Notes: generated by a model not told the origin, from the sequence alone. A stretch of DNA of 64,000 bases from an uncultured delta proteobacterium (GCA_963737265.1 CAVTRY010000014.1:288001-352000); one strand, 5' to 3'; shown: positions 11,078 to 21,591, counted from the stretch's first letter. Numbers and translations are program-made.

Positions 11078-11223
11078 AAATTGGACAGTTCTTCAGCAGC
11101 CGAGCCAAGGGCTCGGCCGCAGGTGGGGTGAAGTCCGCGAATTTACTTCGCGGACGAGGGGAGGGCAGCGGCCCTCCCTTCAAAAATCTTCAAGACGGGT
11201 CCATTTATGGACACGTCTTGAGA
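11062..11223. repeat. Dispersed multi-hairpin element (REP/MITE-like), copy 1
   Basis: Perfect 16-bp-arm palindrome at 11062-11096 followed by four more hairpins; inverted near-copy at 39576-39750. Confidence 0.85.
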
Positions 11224-11306
11224 GAAGATGCTCGGTCACGCGCTTTCGATTCTGAGGTCCACGGTGGCCGGTCGGAAGCCTATGGCGCTAAGCAGCAGCA
11301 TTCGCT

Positions 11307-13541
11307 TTACGTGCGCGAGGATCTGCCGTGGGGTTTGCGCCAGTCCATTTTCTCCGCCCGAGTCCTTCTTTTCAAAACCAGCCCGAAGAGGAGCACGACC
11401 GCAGGACCGAGGAATTCCCGAGAATTCCGCACGGAGGTTTTCCCAGCAAGCCGGCAGCCGCAACCATTGGTAGAGGCTGTGGCTTTGTTTCCTGTGGACG
11501 AGGATGTGGTCGTGGCGCCGGCCGCGCCTCCTTGGTTCGTCGACGCACGGCCACTCGATGTCCCACCCGAAGCAGTGGCCCCACCGGTCCCTGACGAGCC
11601 GGCGCCTCCCGCACCGGTGCTCGCCGAAGTGCCACCTGTCGCCTGGGTACCGCCGCTTCCCATGACGCCGCCTGCGCCTGCACTGCCGCCAGAAGCGCCG
11701 CCCGCATTCGTGATGCCGCCCATTGCAGTGCCACTCTCGCCGCCTTTTGCCGGTACACCACCGGCTGCTGTCGTTCCGCCGGTTACCGTCGCTCCGCCGT
11801 TTGCCGTGGTGCCGCCGTTTGCCGTGGTAACGCCGTTTGCCGTGGTGCCGCCGTTTGCCGTGGTGCCGCCGTTTGCCTTCGTGCCGCCGGTTGTCTTCGT
11901 GCCGCCCGTGCCGGTCGAACCACCGGTCAAGACCGTGCCGCCGGTTCCAAGTGTGCCACCCGTGCCGGTCGAACCACCCGAACCACCCGAGCCCGAACCA
12001 GAAAATGTGTAGCCCTGGGCCTGAACCAGCTCGATTCCCTTGCCGCCCACTGGATCGAGATTGCGCGAGTATTGCTTGCTGGTGGAATTGTTCCAATGCT
12101 CGTGCACGCCCAAACTAGTCGTGACGGCTGCTCCGTCCGGTTTGTAGACCGTGCCCGAGAGAGGCTTGTTGATAAGAGCGGCCTCATGGAGGTAGTTGTC
12201 GGCGTTGGCAAGCAGTTGCCATTCGGAGCGCAGGAAATCCAGCCCAACCGAATCGAGTGCAACCGGATCCTGGGACGCGAATAGGCTTGCGGGATAGTTG
12301 CCGGAGAAAGGCGCCAAATTCCACTTTTGCGGAGGAGAATTCCACAGGTTTCCCGAGTAAAGTCCGTCGAGAAGGAACAAAACGGTCTTTTGCCCTATCT
12401 TCGTGGAGGCCATCAGATCGACCAGAGGATTGTAGCTGCCGAAATTTTGGTTCCAATCGCGTAGCTCATAGTGCAGGGCGCCACAGTTATCCGTGGAGCC
12501 ACAATGGTTCTTGAAGGTCAGCGATACGCCTGTGTTGCCGTCGCTGTCGACCCAATCGGGCTTCGGTTGACCATGACGCTTTAGGAGTGCCATGTTGACC
12601 AGGTATTTGGCGTTGACGACCTCGGTGGCGATATTCGTGCCTATCCCGCCTCCGGAGTATGAAATGGCCGCAACCGTGCCTCCGTCGTTGTAGTGAACAT
12701 TGGGAAAGTCGGCTTGGCACTCACTCTTGACGCGTCCCATGGCCGTGCGTCGCATGGAATCGTAAATCGAGATGTCCGCTTGAGCCGCGCCCACGACCTT
12801 CACGAGCTCCCAGAGCAGGGCGTGGACGGCCTGGGGAGTTGCATCGATCTGGCTCGCCGACCCGTTGTTGTTGAGATTGATCTTGATCGCGATCTTTTCC
12901 CCGACGGCGTAGGAGTTGTTGCCATTTCCTCGAGCGCTATTGAAGGACTGAAACAAGGCGTTCCAGGCATCGGCGATTGCGGGCTTGTCCGTAAGCACGG
13001 TGACGGTCTGCTCCAGCATGGCCCGCACCTTCACTTTGTCGGTGTTGGCGTCGCTCGTGTAATCTCCTCCCCCGTTGGGGTTGACGGCACTTGGGTCACG
13101 TGCCCAGGCTACGCGGCCTGGCTTGATTCCGCGGGCCACGCCAATCGGGCTATTGGCCCCGTCGGTCGGCGTGAACGGACCGACGTTTTCTGCCCGTGCG
13201 CCGAGAGACGACCAACTTGCGCCTGCCACCGCCGCGCCAAGCCCAGCCAGAAGTGCGAGCGCCGCCACCCCGTAACGTGTCTTGGACCACGCCGCGACGG
13301 CCTTGCGAAGCAAAACGGCGAGGGTCGCAGCGGTCGCGGCATAGGTCAGAAGCGCCGACGCAACGGGCGTCAGCACGCGCATGCAGGGATAGGTTGCGCG
13401 ACTCGGCTTGGTGGCGACACGCACGACGATCCAAGCCAATGCCAGAATTCCGAACAGCGTCGACAGCGTCGAGGAGAAGAAGCCATTACCGAAACTTGGG
13501 ACTATTTTGCCTGTAATTCGGCAGCGATGAATCTTGAACAT
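11307..13541 (-). CDS. DUF362-like domain protein with Gly/Thr linker and MYXO-CTERM-like tail
   Basis: RVATKPSRATYPCMR, GEKIAIKINLN, LKRH..GVSLTFKNH, SQDPVALDSVG; GGTTAN repeats; GCGCRLAG-TM-KRR tail; AAAGGAG RBS. Confidence 0.75.
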   Translation of the reverse strand: MFKIHRCRITGKIVPSFGNGFFSSTLSTLFGILALAWIVVRVATKPSRATYPCMRVLTPVASALLTYAATAATLAVLLRKAVAAWSKTRYGVAALALLAGLGAAVAGASWSSLGARAENVGPFTPTDGANSPIGVARGIKPGRVAWARDPSAVNPNGGGDYTSDANTDKVKVRAMLEQTVTVLTDKPAIADAWNALFQSFNSARGNGNNSYAVGEKIAIKINLNNNGSASQIDATPQAVHALLWELVKVVGAAQADISIYDSMRRTAMGRVKSECQADFPNVHYNDGGTVAAISYSGGGIGTNIATEVVNAKYLVNMALLKRHGQPKPDWVDSDGNTGVSLTFKNHCGSTDNCGALHYELRDWNQNFGSYNPLVDLMASTKIGQKTVLFLLDGLYSGNLWNSPPQKWNLAPFSGNYPASLFASQDPVALDSVGLDFLRSEWQLLANADNYLHEAALINKPLSGTVYKPDGAAVTTSLGVHEHWNNSTSKQYSRNLDPVGGKGIELVQAQGYTFSGSGSGGSGGSTGTGGTLGTGGTVLTGGSTGTGGTKTTGGTKANGGTTANGGTTANGVTTANGGTTANGGATVTGGTTAAGGVPAKGGESGTAMGGITNAGGASGGSAGAGGVMGSGGTQATGGTSASTGAGGAGSSGTGGATASGGTSSGRASTNQGGAAGATTTSSSTGNKATASTNGCGCRLAGKTSVRNSREFLGPAVVLLFGLVLKRRTRAEKMDWRKPHGRSSRT
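11795..11890 (-). repeat. 18-nt coding tandem repeat (GGTTAN, ~5 copies)
   Basis: GCCGCCGTTTGCCGTGGT units in the linker region. Confidence 0.85.
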
Positions 13542-13803
13542 GGGTCGCTCCTTTGGCATCCGCCGCGCGCACCCTACCCCAAATGTCGCGATGATCGTGA
13601 GAGCTTCAAGGTAGGCCGCAGAACCGGCTGCCGCGGCTCGGGCAACCGCGCCACGGAGCTGCTGGGGCATGGGGCGGAAAAACCAGCCAACCGCGCCCGT
13701 GTATAAAGCGGGTTCGAGCAGGTGGGCGCGGCCGACAAGGACCAGCGAACGACTCCATGCCCGGTCGCGTGCTTTCGATTCGCGCGCGGTGGCTATCGAC
13801 GTG

Positions 13804-14803
13804 TCAGCCGTCGGGAGTCACTTGGGTTTTTGCCAGGCCCTTTCCTCCGCCCGAGAGCGCGATGCCGAGATGCGAGGCCACGACCAGCCCAGCGAGCGTC
13901 ACCGGAATGACCTGGACGGCGTGATAGGTGAGGGCGAAGGCCAGCGCCGGACCCTTGGCGATTCCAGCCAGGGTCAGAACCACCACCGTGGCACCCTCGA
14001 AGGGTCCGGTGCTGGCCGGGGCGGACGGGACCGCGATGGCGAGGTTGATTCCGAGCAGGACGACCGGCGCCAGCGCAAGCCCGACGGGAATGCCGAGCGA
14101 GCGAGCGCACAGCGCAACCATAACCATCTCGCAGGCCCAGGCAAGTAGGGAAAGCGCCAGGACGGAAGACAGCGTGCCCGGCTCGCGCAGAGTCTTCACA
14201 CCCAGGGCGAATCGCTCGCCGAGCGCACGCACGCGCGCTGCGAGGCTGCCCCTAGATTGCTGGACGTCCGCCTCCACGCGCCCCATCCGCTCCTTGTGTC
14301 TAGTTGAAAGCCACAAGACCACGAGCAGTGCCACCCCAACCGCCAGCACGATGGGCGCCGCGTACTCCGCCCATCGCTGCGACGGAATGAACCAAGCGAC
14401 CACCGTGACCAGCGCGGCGAGCGAGAGCAGAATCGACCAGTTTCTCGACGATAGTCACCCCCATCGCTGCGGCTTTGCTGATTCCAGCGTTGCGCGAGAG
14501 CATCCACAGCCGCGCCACGTCTCCGCCGCGCAGGGGCGCGACGTTGTTGATGGCGGACGAGGTCAGCAAGGCCAGGAAGCAGAAACCAAACGACGCTCGT
14601 CGCGGCCCGAGCAGTAAGCGCAGCCGAATCGCCTTGACCGCCATCATGCAGGCGTTTGCCGCAACGACCAGCGAGAGCAGAACGCCATCAACGTTGCGCA
14701 GGCTCTCCACGACCTCTCGCCATCGCACGCCCCAGACGACGAAGGCGCCCGTCAGCGAAACCGCGACCACTCGCAGGGCGACGCTGGCGAAGCGCTTGGG
14801 CAT
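13804..14803 (-). CDS. Lysylphosphatidylglycerol-synthase TM / flippase-like (UPF0104) protein, frameshift near 14420
   Basis: NNVAPLRGGDVAR, VEKLVD, PSAPASTGPFE, AFALTYH; hydrophobic. Confidence 0.8.
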
Positions 14804-14825
14804 GGTTGTTGTACTTTGGCCCCAG

Positions 14826-15707
14826 TTAGACGAATTTCGGCGGTGCTGCGTGGCCCAAGCCGGATGCCGCATTCGATGGAACCGGAGTCGGGGTCGACTC
14901 GACGGACATTCGAGCCGAAGCGTTGCTGCCCGCGCGACGAAGCTGTCGCATGGTCCAGGTCATCCTCGACACGGCGGTGACAGTATTGAGGACGGCCAGA
15001 ATGCACAGCGCGCCCGCCGCCACGGCGTAGAACGGATGAGGCACGAACCCCTCGGCGCGATGCCCGAAGAATGGCGAGACCGCCAGTGCAGTTCCGAGGA
15101 TCACAATCCGGTCAGCTCGCTGCACAAGCCCCTCGGCGCCCGACACGCCGAGCGATTCTCCGCGCGACCGCGAATAGCTAACGGTGAATGCCATGACGAG
15201 AACGATCAGAGCGACGTACATCATAGGGGTGCTTGCGTAGTAGACGGCGCAGCCGCCGAAAACCAAACCATCACTGATGCGGTCGATTGTCGAGTCGAAA
15301 AAGGCACCAGCGGGACTCGCCAGCTTTTTGGTGCGCGCCAGTTGTCCGTCGACGATGTCGAGGGTGGAGCCGCCGATGAGCAGCGCCGAGGCCAGCGCGA
15401 AGTGGCCCGTGGCAATGGCCACAGCGGTCACCGCTGCCGCCAGCAGCGAGGCCGTCGTGACGGCGTTCGGTGACAGCGAGGTCCGAGCCACCAGACGGAA
15501 CAGCGGTGCAAGCAACCAGTAATAAAAACCAATAAACAAGGGCCCGAGGAGGCGCCGGCCCGCGCCCTTGCGCTTGCCTGGCGGCAGCGTTACGGAGCCA
15601 ATGGATACCAGTCCCAGATACGCTAGGAAGGGCAGAAAGAAGAAGGCGACGAACCCCACCATGTAAATGAGATCCGCCCCGCTGGCGCCGAGCTTTGCAT
15701 CGATCAT
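14826..15707 (-). CDS. CDP-alcohol phosphatidyltransferase (PI/PIP synthase-like)
   Basis: SPNAVT, DIVDGQLAR...GAFFDSTIDRISD signature, VSYSRSRGESLG, GLVQRADRI; AAGGA RBS. Confidence 0.92.
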   Translation of the reverse strand: MIDAKLGASGADLIYMVGFVAFFFLPFLAYLGLVSIGSVTLPPGKRKGAGRRLLGPLFIGFYYWLLAPLFRLVARTSLSPNAVTTASLLAAAVTAVAIATGHFALASALLIGGSTLDIVDGQLARTKKLASPAGAFFDSTIDRISDGLVFGGCAVYYASTPMMYVALIVLVMAFTVSYSRSRGESLGVSGAEGLVQRADRIVILGTALAVSPFFGHRAEGFVPHPFYAVAAGALCILAVLNTVTAVSRMTWTMRQLRRAGSNASARMSVESTPTPVPSNAASGLGHAAPPKFV

Positions 15708-16109
15708 GTTGCTTTCCTTATAGGATGGTGGCGCGTGCGATCGGTTCCAGGATTGCGTGAGCGACGTGGAACGAGCCAAAGACGTTCGGTCACAACCACG
15801 TAGACGATCTTGCCGTAGGCAGCGACGGTGCGTGGCCCGAGCCGGAGCAAGAGCGAAAATCGCATGCGTTGTCGCCGGGTCCAGCGCACAATGACCGTGA
15901 ACATCATGGCTCGGTCTTTTGCAAGACGCGAGCCCAGCAGTTGCGCGTTCAGGATGCTTGCCGCTGCCACTCGGCAGGTCCTCCAAAGTCGCCGAGAATT
16001 GCCGGCGTTTCGCAGGCGAGCGGCCGCGCTTCCCGACGGGCAGATGAGGACGGGAGGTGTCCGATCTCTAACACCTGCCGGAAACTGTCAAAGTCTCAAC
16101 AGCCCCAGC

Positions 16110-18677
16110 TTAGGTGCCGTCGCGCGATGAGGTCAGCTTTCGCACGCGAGGAAGCAGCGGAACGAGGAGCAGCGCCGCAAGAAGGCTACCAGCCTCACCC
16201 AGGTCGGCGAGTTTTCCGAACGATCGCAGCGCGCCGTTCGAGGCGATGAGGAGCGAGCTGTAGCCGATGATGGTGGTCGTGGAGCAGAGCACGACGGCGC
16301 TGCCGGTCTCGGCCAGGGCGCGCGCGCGTTGCGAGGCGGGCTCCTTCGCGAGACGCGCAAATACGTTGACGGCATAGTCGACGCCGATGCCGAGCGTAAT
16401 AGGCAACGCCACGAAGTTGAGGAAGTTGAGCCTCAGATCCAAGGCGGCGCCGGCTCCGCCCATCCAGACCACGCCCACCGCCAGCGACAGCAACACCAAC
16501 AGCGCGCCGCGCGTCTGACGAAACAACAGGACGACCATGAGCACGACGCCCACCAGCGCGGCCAGCGTGGCAATCGGGCCGTCGTGCGCGATTGAGCGCA
16601 GCATCGCCGCGAACAGCGACGAGTGTCCCGCGGCGTTGACCACACTGCCGTCGGGCAAGCGCACGTTGGTGATGACGTCCGCGAGGCGAATCAGGTTGTG
16701 ACCGTCCCAGTTGGCCCACACTCGGATTGGGAAAAGCAAAGCGACGCGTCCCACGGTCCCGTCGAGCTCGCGAAACGGGCGCACAAGTGATTCGGGTACG
16801 TCGCGGAGGGACAGCTTGCGCAGATCTTGAGGCGGCGCCCACGCGTCGACCTCGCGCTTCTGGTCGTCCGACAGCGCGTTCATGGCCGGATCTTCAAGGC
16901 GCTTGCGGATGCTGGCGATGACGGCGAGCTTTTCGTCCTGATCCTTGGGCAGGTAGTCGTAGGCGGTCGCCACCGTCGAGAGCAACCCTCCGGTCGGCTC
17001 GCCCGCGGCCACGCGCCGCGCGCACTCGGACCCGTCCGCCGCGTTTCCTGCGCCCTGGCGCGCCCGTGCGAGCGCATCCATGCAGTCCTTCTCCAGCAGG
17101 GCCTTGCGGAAGGGGAGCGCGTCCTCGGCCTTCGGCAAGAGAGCGACACCCACGGGTGAAAGATCGCGCGGGAAGATCCCGCCGACGCGGACGTAGAGAT
17201 CGCCGGTGCCGTGCTTGCGGCTGCTCTGATTGCGCAACTTCGAGAAGTCGTATTCGAAGGGACTGCGGATCACGCGTGCCAGCGACAAGCCGGCGAGCAG
17301 CGTCGCCACGGCCGCCACGCCGGCTAGCAGCCGGTGGCGCGACAGTAAGCCGGCCGCGAAACGTGTAAGCGCGCCGCTCGATGCCGCGTGTCCGAACGAA
17401 GGTCGCTTAAAGAGGCGTTCGCGCAAGTGGATCAGCACCGGACAGTAGGTGTAGGTCACCAGCCAACAGAGGATCATTCCGATCCCGCCGACCTCGCCAA
17501 ATTGCTGGAAGCCGCGGAATCGGGTCAGCGCCAAGCTACCGTAGGCGATGCTGGCCGCCAGGGCCGCGGCCAAGGTCGGCTTGGCCGTCGCCGTCAGCGC
17601 GAGCGCCAGCACGTCCTTGATGTCCTCGTCGGGCCGGCCGAGACGCTCCTCGCGAAAACGCGCCAGCAAGATGATGCCGAAGTTGATCCCGTTTCCCAAA
17701 ATGATGGAACCCAGGAAGGCGGTGTTGGTGTTGAGGTAGCCGATGGTGAGAGCTGTGATGGCAAAGGCGACAGCGACACCGAGCAGGGTGGGGAAGAAGA
17801 TATATGCGAGCGAGAAAGCGCTGCGGTAGTAGAGCACGATCACCAGGAGAACCAGGACGGTGCAGACGGAAGACACGGTCGCAATGTCGGACTTGAGAGC
17901 GTCGTGCTCGGCGATAGCGCTCGCCACGTCCCCCGTGATCTGCGCGCTGACCTGCCCGAAGGCCGCCGGGCGGGTGGCATCGATAGTTCGCTGCACGTCG
18001 GTGAAGATGCGAAAGCCCGAAAGGTCGCCGGTCCCCGACGACATCGTCCAGGTCACGATGGCAAGCAGCCTACGATCCTGGCTCTCGTAGTAGCCGCTTG
18101 GAAACTTTATCGCTGCGTCCTTGCGTTTTTCGAGATCTCGCTTGAGCCGCTTGAGGTCCGCGTCGGGGTCGTCGTCCACCTCGCCCTTGCCTGCGTCGGC
18201 GAAGGCGAGGAAGGCCGGGTTCTTTTTCGAGACCAAGAGCTTGTGGAGGTCGTCGTCGATGCGCTGCAGATCGACGAGATCGGCGTAGAGCGCCTTGTTG
18301 TGGTCGAAAAATGGCCGAGCGGCGTCGGGGCGATAATCGATGGAACGCAGGTCGGTGCCGATGAGCGGCTGCAAGTTCTTGACCAGAGCTTCGGCGAACC
18401 GCTCGTTGGCCTTGGCGTCGGGCCCTTCAACCGCGATGACCAAGGTCGAGGGCGCACCCACCCGATCGCCGATCTGTTGCAGGCGCACGATTTCGGGATC
18501 GTCCTGCGGCAGTAGCTCGGCGAAATCGGAACGAAGCTCGAGGTGCGAGGCCGCGAGGATCGACAGGCCGAAAAGTACGAAGGCAGCGACGGCAATCGCG
18601 AGGTCGTGGCGTGCGAGGATACCGACGAATCGGCGCACGAAGCGCGAGGGTGGTGGCTGGGTGGTCTTGATGGTCAT
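16110..18677 (-). CDS. MMPL/RND-family lipid transporter
   Basis: Two repeats of TM1, periplasmic domain and TM bundle; ILGNGINFGI, TLGIGVDYAV, CSTTTIIGYSSL. Confidence 0.9.
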   Translation of the reverse strand: MTIKTTQPPPSRFVRRFVGILARHDLAIAVAAFVLFGLSILAASHLELRSDFAELLPQDDPEIVRLQQIGDRVGAPSTLVIAVEGPDAKANERFAEALVKNLQPLIGTDLRSIDYRPDAARPFFDHNKALYADLVDLQRIDDDLHKLLVSKKNPAFLAFADAGKGEVDDDPDADLKRLKRDLEKRKDAAIKFPSGYYESQDRRLLAIVTWTMSSGTGDLSGFRIFTDVQRTIDATRPAAFGQVSAQITGDVASAIAEHDALKSDIATVSSVCTVLVLLVIVLYYRSAFSLAYIFFPTLLGVAVAFAITALTIGYLNTNTAFLGSIILGNGINFGIILLARFREERLGRPDEDIKDVLALALTATAKPTLAAALAASIAYGSLALTRFRGFQQFGEVGGIGMILCWLVTYTYCPVLIHLRERLFKRPSFGHAASSGALTRFAAGLLSRHRLLAGVAAVATLLAGLSLARVIRSPFEYDFSKLRNQSSRKHGTGDLYVRVGGIFPRDLSPVGVALLPKAEDALPFRKALLEKDCMDALARARQGAGNAADGSECARRVAAGEPTGGLLSTVATAYDYLPKDQDEKLAVIASIRKRLEDPAMNALSDDQKREVDAWAPPQDLRKLSLRDVPESLVRPFRELDGTVGRVALLFPIRVWANWDGHNLIRLADVITNVRLPDGSVVNAAGHSSLFAAMLRSIAHDGPIATLAALVGVVLMVVLLFRQTRGALLVLLSLAVGVVWMGGAGAALDLRLNFLNFVALPITLGIGVDYAVNVFARLAKEPASQRARALAETGSAVVLCSTTTIIGYSSLLIASNGALRSFGKLADLGEAGSLLAALLLVPLLPRVRKLTSSRDGT

Positions 18678-18707
18678 GCGCGGCTACTCTAGCAGCGACG
18701 GGTGTTT

Positions 18708-18767
18708 TGGCGTCAGTCCCGTCGCTCGAACACCCTGACGCCAGCAACGTTCCCGATCGGCCGATAG
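18708..18767 (+). repeat. 60-bp direct repeat, left island boundary
   Basis: 57/60 match to 23802-23861; minus strand encodes YRPIGNVAGVRVFERRD*. Confidence 0.92.
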
Positions 18768-18939
18768 GCGTGGATTGTGTTGGCCACGCGGATGCCCACG
18801 CAGCGTCCGGGCGGTAGGTCGACCCGAAATACGATGTCGGCTGACATGACAGAGAATGCGTGACTGACGTGAGTTGCGAGCGACTGGATTCGAGGGTATC
18901 TCGAGACCGCCCGCCGCGCGGGCTTCGCCCCGCAGCCCA

Positions 18940-19676
18940 AGGCTTCAGGCTTCAGGCTCCGGGCTCCAGGCCTCAGGGCCTCCCCGTCCGAGGGTGCTTT
19001 TTCAGCCTCCCTGTCCGAGGGTACTTTTCGGCCTGGTGCTTTTTCGAGGGTACTTTTCGGCCTCCCTGTCCGAGGGTACTTTTTGGGCCTCCCTGTCTGA
19101 AATCCTGAAATCCCGTCCGAGGGTACTTTTTCTCGGAAATCCCGTCCGCGGAAATCCCGTCCGAGGGTACTGAAATCCAAGCTGGCCTAGCTGGCCTCTG
19201 GCCTAGCTGAAATCCCGTCCGAGGGTACTTTTTCTCGGAAATCCCGTCCGCGGAAATCCCGTCCGAGGGTACTGAAATCCAAGCTGGCCTAGCTGGCCTC
19301 TGGCCTAGCTGGCCTTAGCTGGCCGGCCTCCCTGTCCGAGGGTACTCCTGGCCTCCTCTGGCCTCCTCTGGCCTTCTGGCCTCCCTGTCCGAGGGTACTT
19401 TTGGAAATCCCGTCCGAGGGTACTTTTGGAAATCCCGTCCGAGGGTACTTTTTGAAGCTCGCAGGAAATCCCGTCCGAGGGTACTTTTTCGTCGGAAATC
19501 CCGTCCGAGGGTACTTTTTCTCGGAAATCCCGTCCGCGGAAATCCCATGCATGACCCTCCCTCGCCAGGTCGCAGCAGGAAATTCGGAAATCCCGAAATC
19601 CCGTCCGAGGGTACTTTTTCTCGGAAATCCCGTCGGAAATCCCGTCCCGTCGGAAATCCCGTCCGAGGGTACTTTC
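18940..19676 (+). repeat. Irregular direct-repeat array of (GAAATCCC/GGCCTCCCT)GTCCGAGGGTACTTTT
   Basis: ~15 core copies, many truncated starts, and an exact 102-bp tandem duplication (19105-19206/19207-19308). Confidence 0.95.
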
Positions 19677-19714
19677 CCTCGCAACTTTCTGCTGCCGTTT
19701 CCGAGAACCCATGC

Positions 19715-20665
19715 ATGACCCTCCCTCGCCAGGTCGTGCCCGGCCGTGACTACATGATTACCCGCCGCTGTTCCGAGCGGCGCTTCTTCCTGCGCCCGGA
19801 TGAAGACACCAACAATGCCTTCATCTACTGCCTGGCCTTGGCCGCCAGGCGGGCCAAGGTGGAGGTCACCTTCTCGGTGGCTCTCTCGAACCACCACCAC
19901 ACCGGCATCCACGACCCCGATGGCAACTTCCCCGTCTTCATCGAACATTTTCACGGCCTACTCGCTCGCTGCCAAAACGCCTATCTTGGCCGCTACGAAG
20001 GCTTCTGGTCATCGGAGCCGACCTCCGTCGTTCATCTGGTCGAGCCCAACGACATCCTCGACAAGATGACCTACGCTTTCACCAATCCGACCGCCGCGGA
20101 TCTGGTCGACACCGTCGAGGAATGGCCTGGCGTCGCCACGTTCCAGGCCACCATTTCGGGCGGCCAACTCACCGCGACGCGGCCGAAGCATTTCTTTCGC
20201 GACGACGGCGACTTGCCCGAAATCGCCAGCCTACCCATCGCGCGGCCACGGGGCTATCAGCACCTCGATCAGCGCGAATGGGCCAGCCTCGTTACCGAAA
20301 GCGTTCGCGCCGAGGAAGCAGACCATCGCCAACGGCGGGTCGCCAAGGGCATCACCGTGCTCGGACGGGACCGAATCCTAGAGCGGAATCCTTTTCACTG
20401 TCCACAGAGCCATGCACCACGATTTCAGATGAGCCCGCGCGTGGCCGCGAAGAACAAGTGGGCGCGTATTGAGGCGCTCCTGCGCAACCGAGGCTTCATT
20501 GAGAAATACCGGGATGCCTTCCTGGGTCACATGGCTGGTTTGGCGAACATCGTATTTCCCTTCGGCACCTACTGGATGCGCAAGTTCGGCAAGGTCGCCT
20601 GCGATGCCGCCGAAGCTGTCGAGCAAGCGATCCTCCGCCCGCCCTTTGGTCCTGTCGCCGTGTAG
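19715..20665 (+). CDS. Y1 HUH transposase (RAYT/TnpA-REP-like) with C-terminal extension
   Basis: PRQVVPG..YMITRRC, LSNHHH (HUH), GFWS, YAFTNP (catalytic Tyr), LV...EEWPG, FPFGTY. Confidence 0.85.
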   Translation: MTLPRQVVPGRDYMITRRCSERRFFLRPDEDTNNAFIYCLALAARRAKVEVTFSVALSNHHHTGIHDPDGNFPVFIEHFHGLLARCQNAYLGRYEGFWSSEPTSVVHLVEPNDILDKMTYAFTNPTAADLVDTVEEWPGVATFQATISGGQLTATRPKHFFRDDGDLPEIASLPIARPRGYQHLDQREWASLVTESVRAEEADHRQRRVAKGITVLGRDRILERNPFHCPQSHAPRFQMSPRVAAKNKWARIEALLRNRGFIEKYRDAFLGHMAGLANIVFPFGTYWMRKFGKVACDAAEAVEQAILRPPFGPVAV

Positions 20666-20707
20666 CTGGCGCCTTCCATCAATTGAAGATCGCGGTCCGC
20701 CCCCAAG

Positions 20708-20780
20708 TCCCGTCCGGGGGTACTTTAACCCCAAGAATCCCCATAAAATCCTAAAATCCCCTAAAATCCTAAAAATCCCC
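20708..20780 (+). repeat. Variant array motif plus AAAATCC(CC) stutter downstream of the transposase
   Basis: TCCCGTCCGGGGGTACTTT followed by ~5 variable AATCC(CC) units. Confidence 0.75.
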
Positions 20781-20947
20781 ATCGTTTGTTTGGCTGCGGC
20801 CGGATCAAACGCCTACTTGCTCGGCGGCGCTTTTCTCAATCGTGGTCTTTCCATGGTGACGCCAGATGCTCCAGCAGCGCTGAGGCCAATCATCGCGGAG
20901 GGACCCTGCCGGAGGCAATCGGAGCAGTGAAGCGAGGCAAGAGCGGG

Positions 20948-21591
20948 ATGATAAAGCCCACCACCAGTTTGCAAGAACTTCGAGCGAAGATAGGCCAACG
21001 GGCGAAGTCTGCCCCTGCGCATCGCTTTTGGGGATTGCACGTCCACATCATGAAGCTCGATACGCTCGAAGCGGCGTACTTGGAGGCCAAGCGCAATGGC
21101 GGAGCCCCTGGGTCCGACGATGAGACGTTCGAGGCGATTGAGGCGCAGGGCTGAGGAGAGTTTCTCGCGAAACTCGCCGAGGAACTGCACTTCACGGACG
21201 CGTACCACCCAAGGCCGTATCGTCGGAGAGAGATTCCCAAGGAGGGCGGCAAAGTCCGCGCGATTTCGATTTCTGCGATTCGAGACCGCGTGGTGCAAGG
21301 CGCCCTCCGGCTTATCGTGGAACCAATCTTCGAAGCCGACTTCTCGGACAGTTCGTATGGGGCGAGGCCGGACGAAGCGCGCACGAGGCAATCGAGAAAG
21401 TGCGAGTGGGACTAAACCAGGGACGACACCGCGTGGTCGACGTCGATCTGTCCCGCTACTTCGACACGATTCGGCATGACCGGATTTTGGTGAAGGTGGC
21501 AGGGCGGGTGGTCGATGGCGATGTGCTGGCCATGGTGAAACAGTTTCTCAAGAGCACCGGCGACCGAGGCGTGCCACAAGGCTCGCCGCTG
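20948..21591 (+). pseudogene. Group II intron reverse transcriptase, N-terminal half (RT0-RT4)
   Basis: KRNGGAPGSD, EIPKEGGKVR, IRDRVVQGAL..EPIFEADF..SYGARP, VDVDLSRYFDTI, GVPQGSPL; stop at 21152, a frameshift, and no YADD. Confidence 0.9.

Noticed and set aside
18770-18850. MSADIVFRVDLPPGRCVGIRV as a phosphopantetheinyl-transferase N-terminal scrap
   Set aside because: Too short to support without a search.
18940-19676. CRISPR array
   Set aside because: Spacing is irregular, the intervening DNA is truncated repeat rather than unique spacer, and no cas genes are present.
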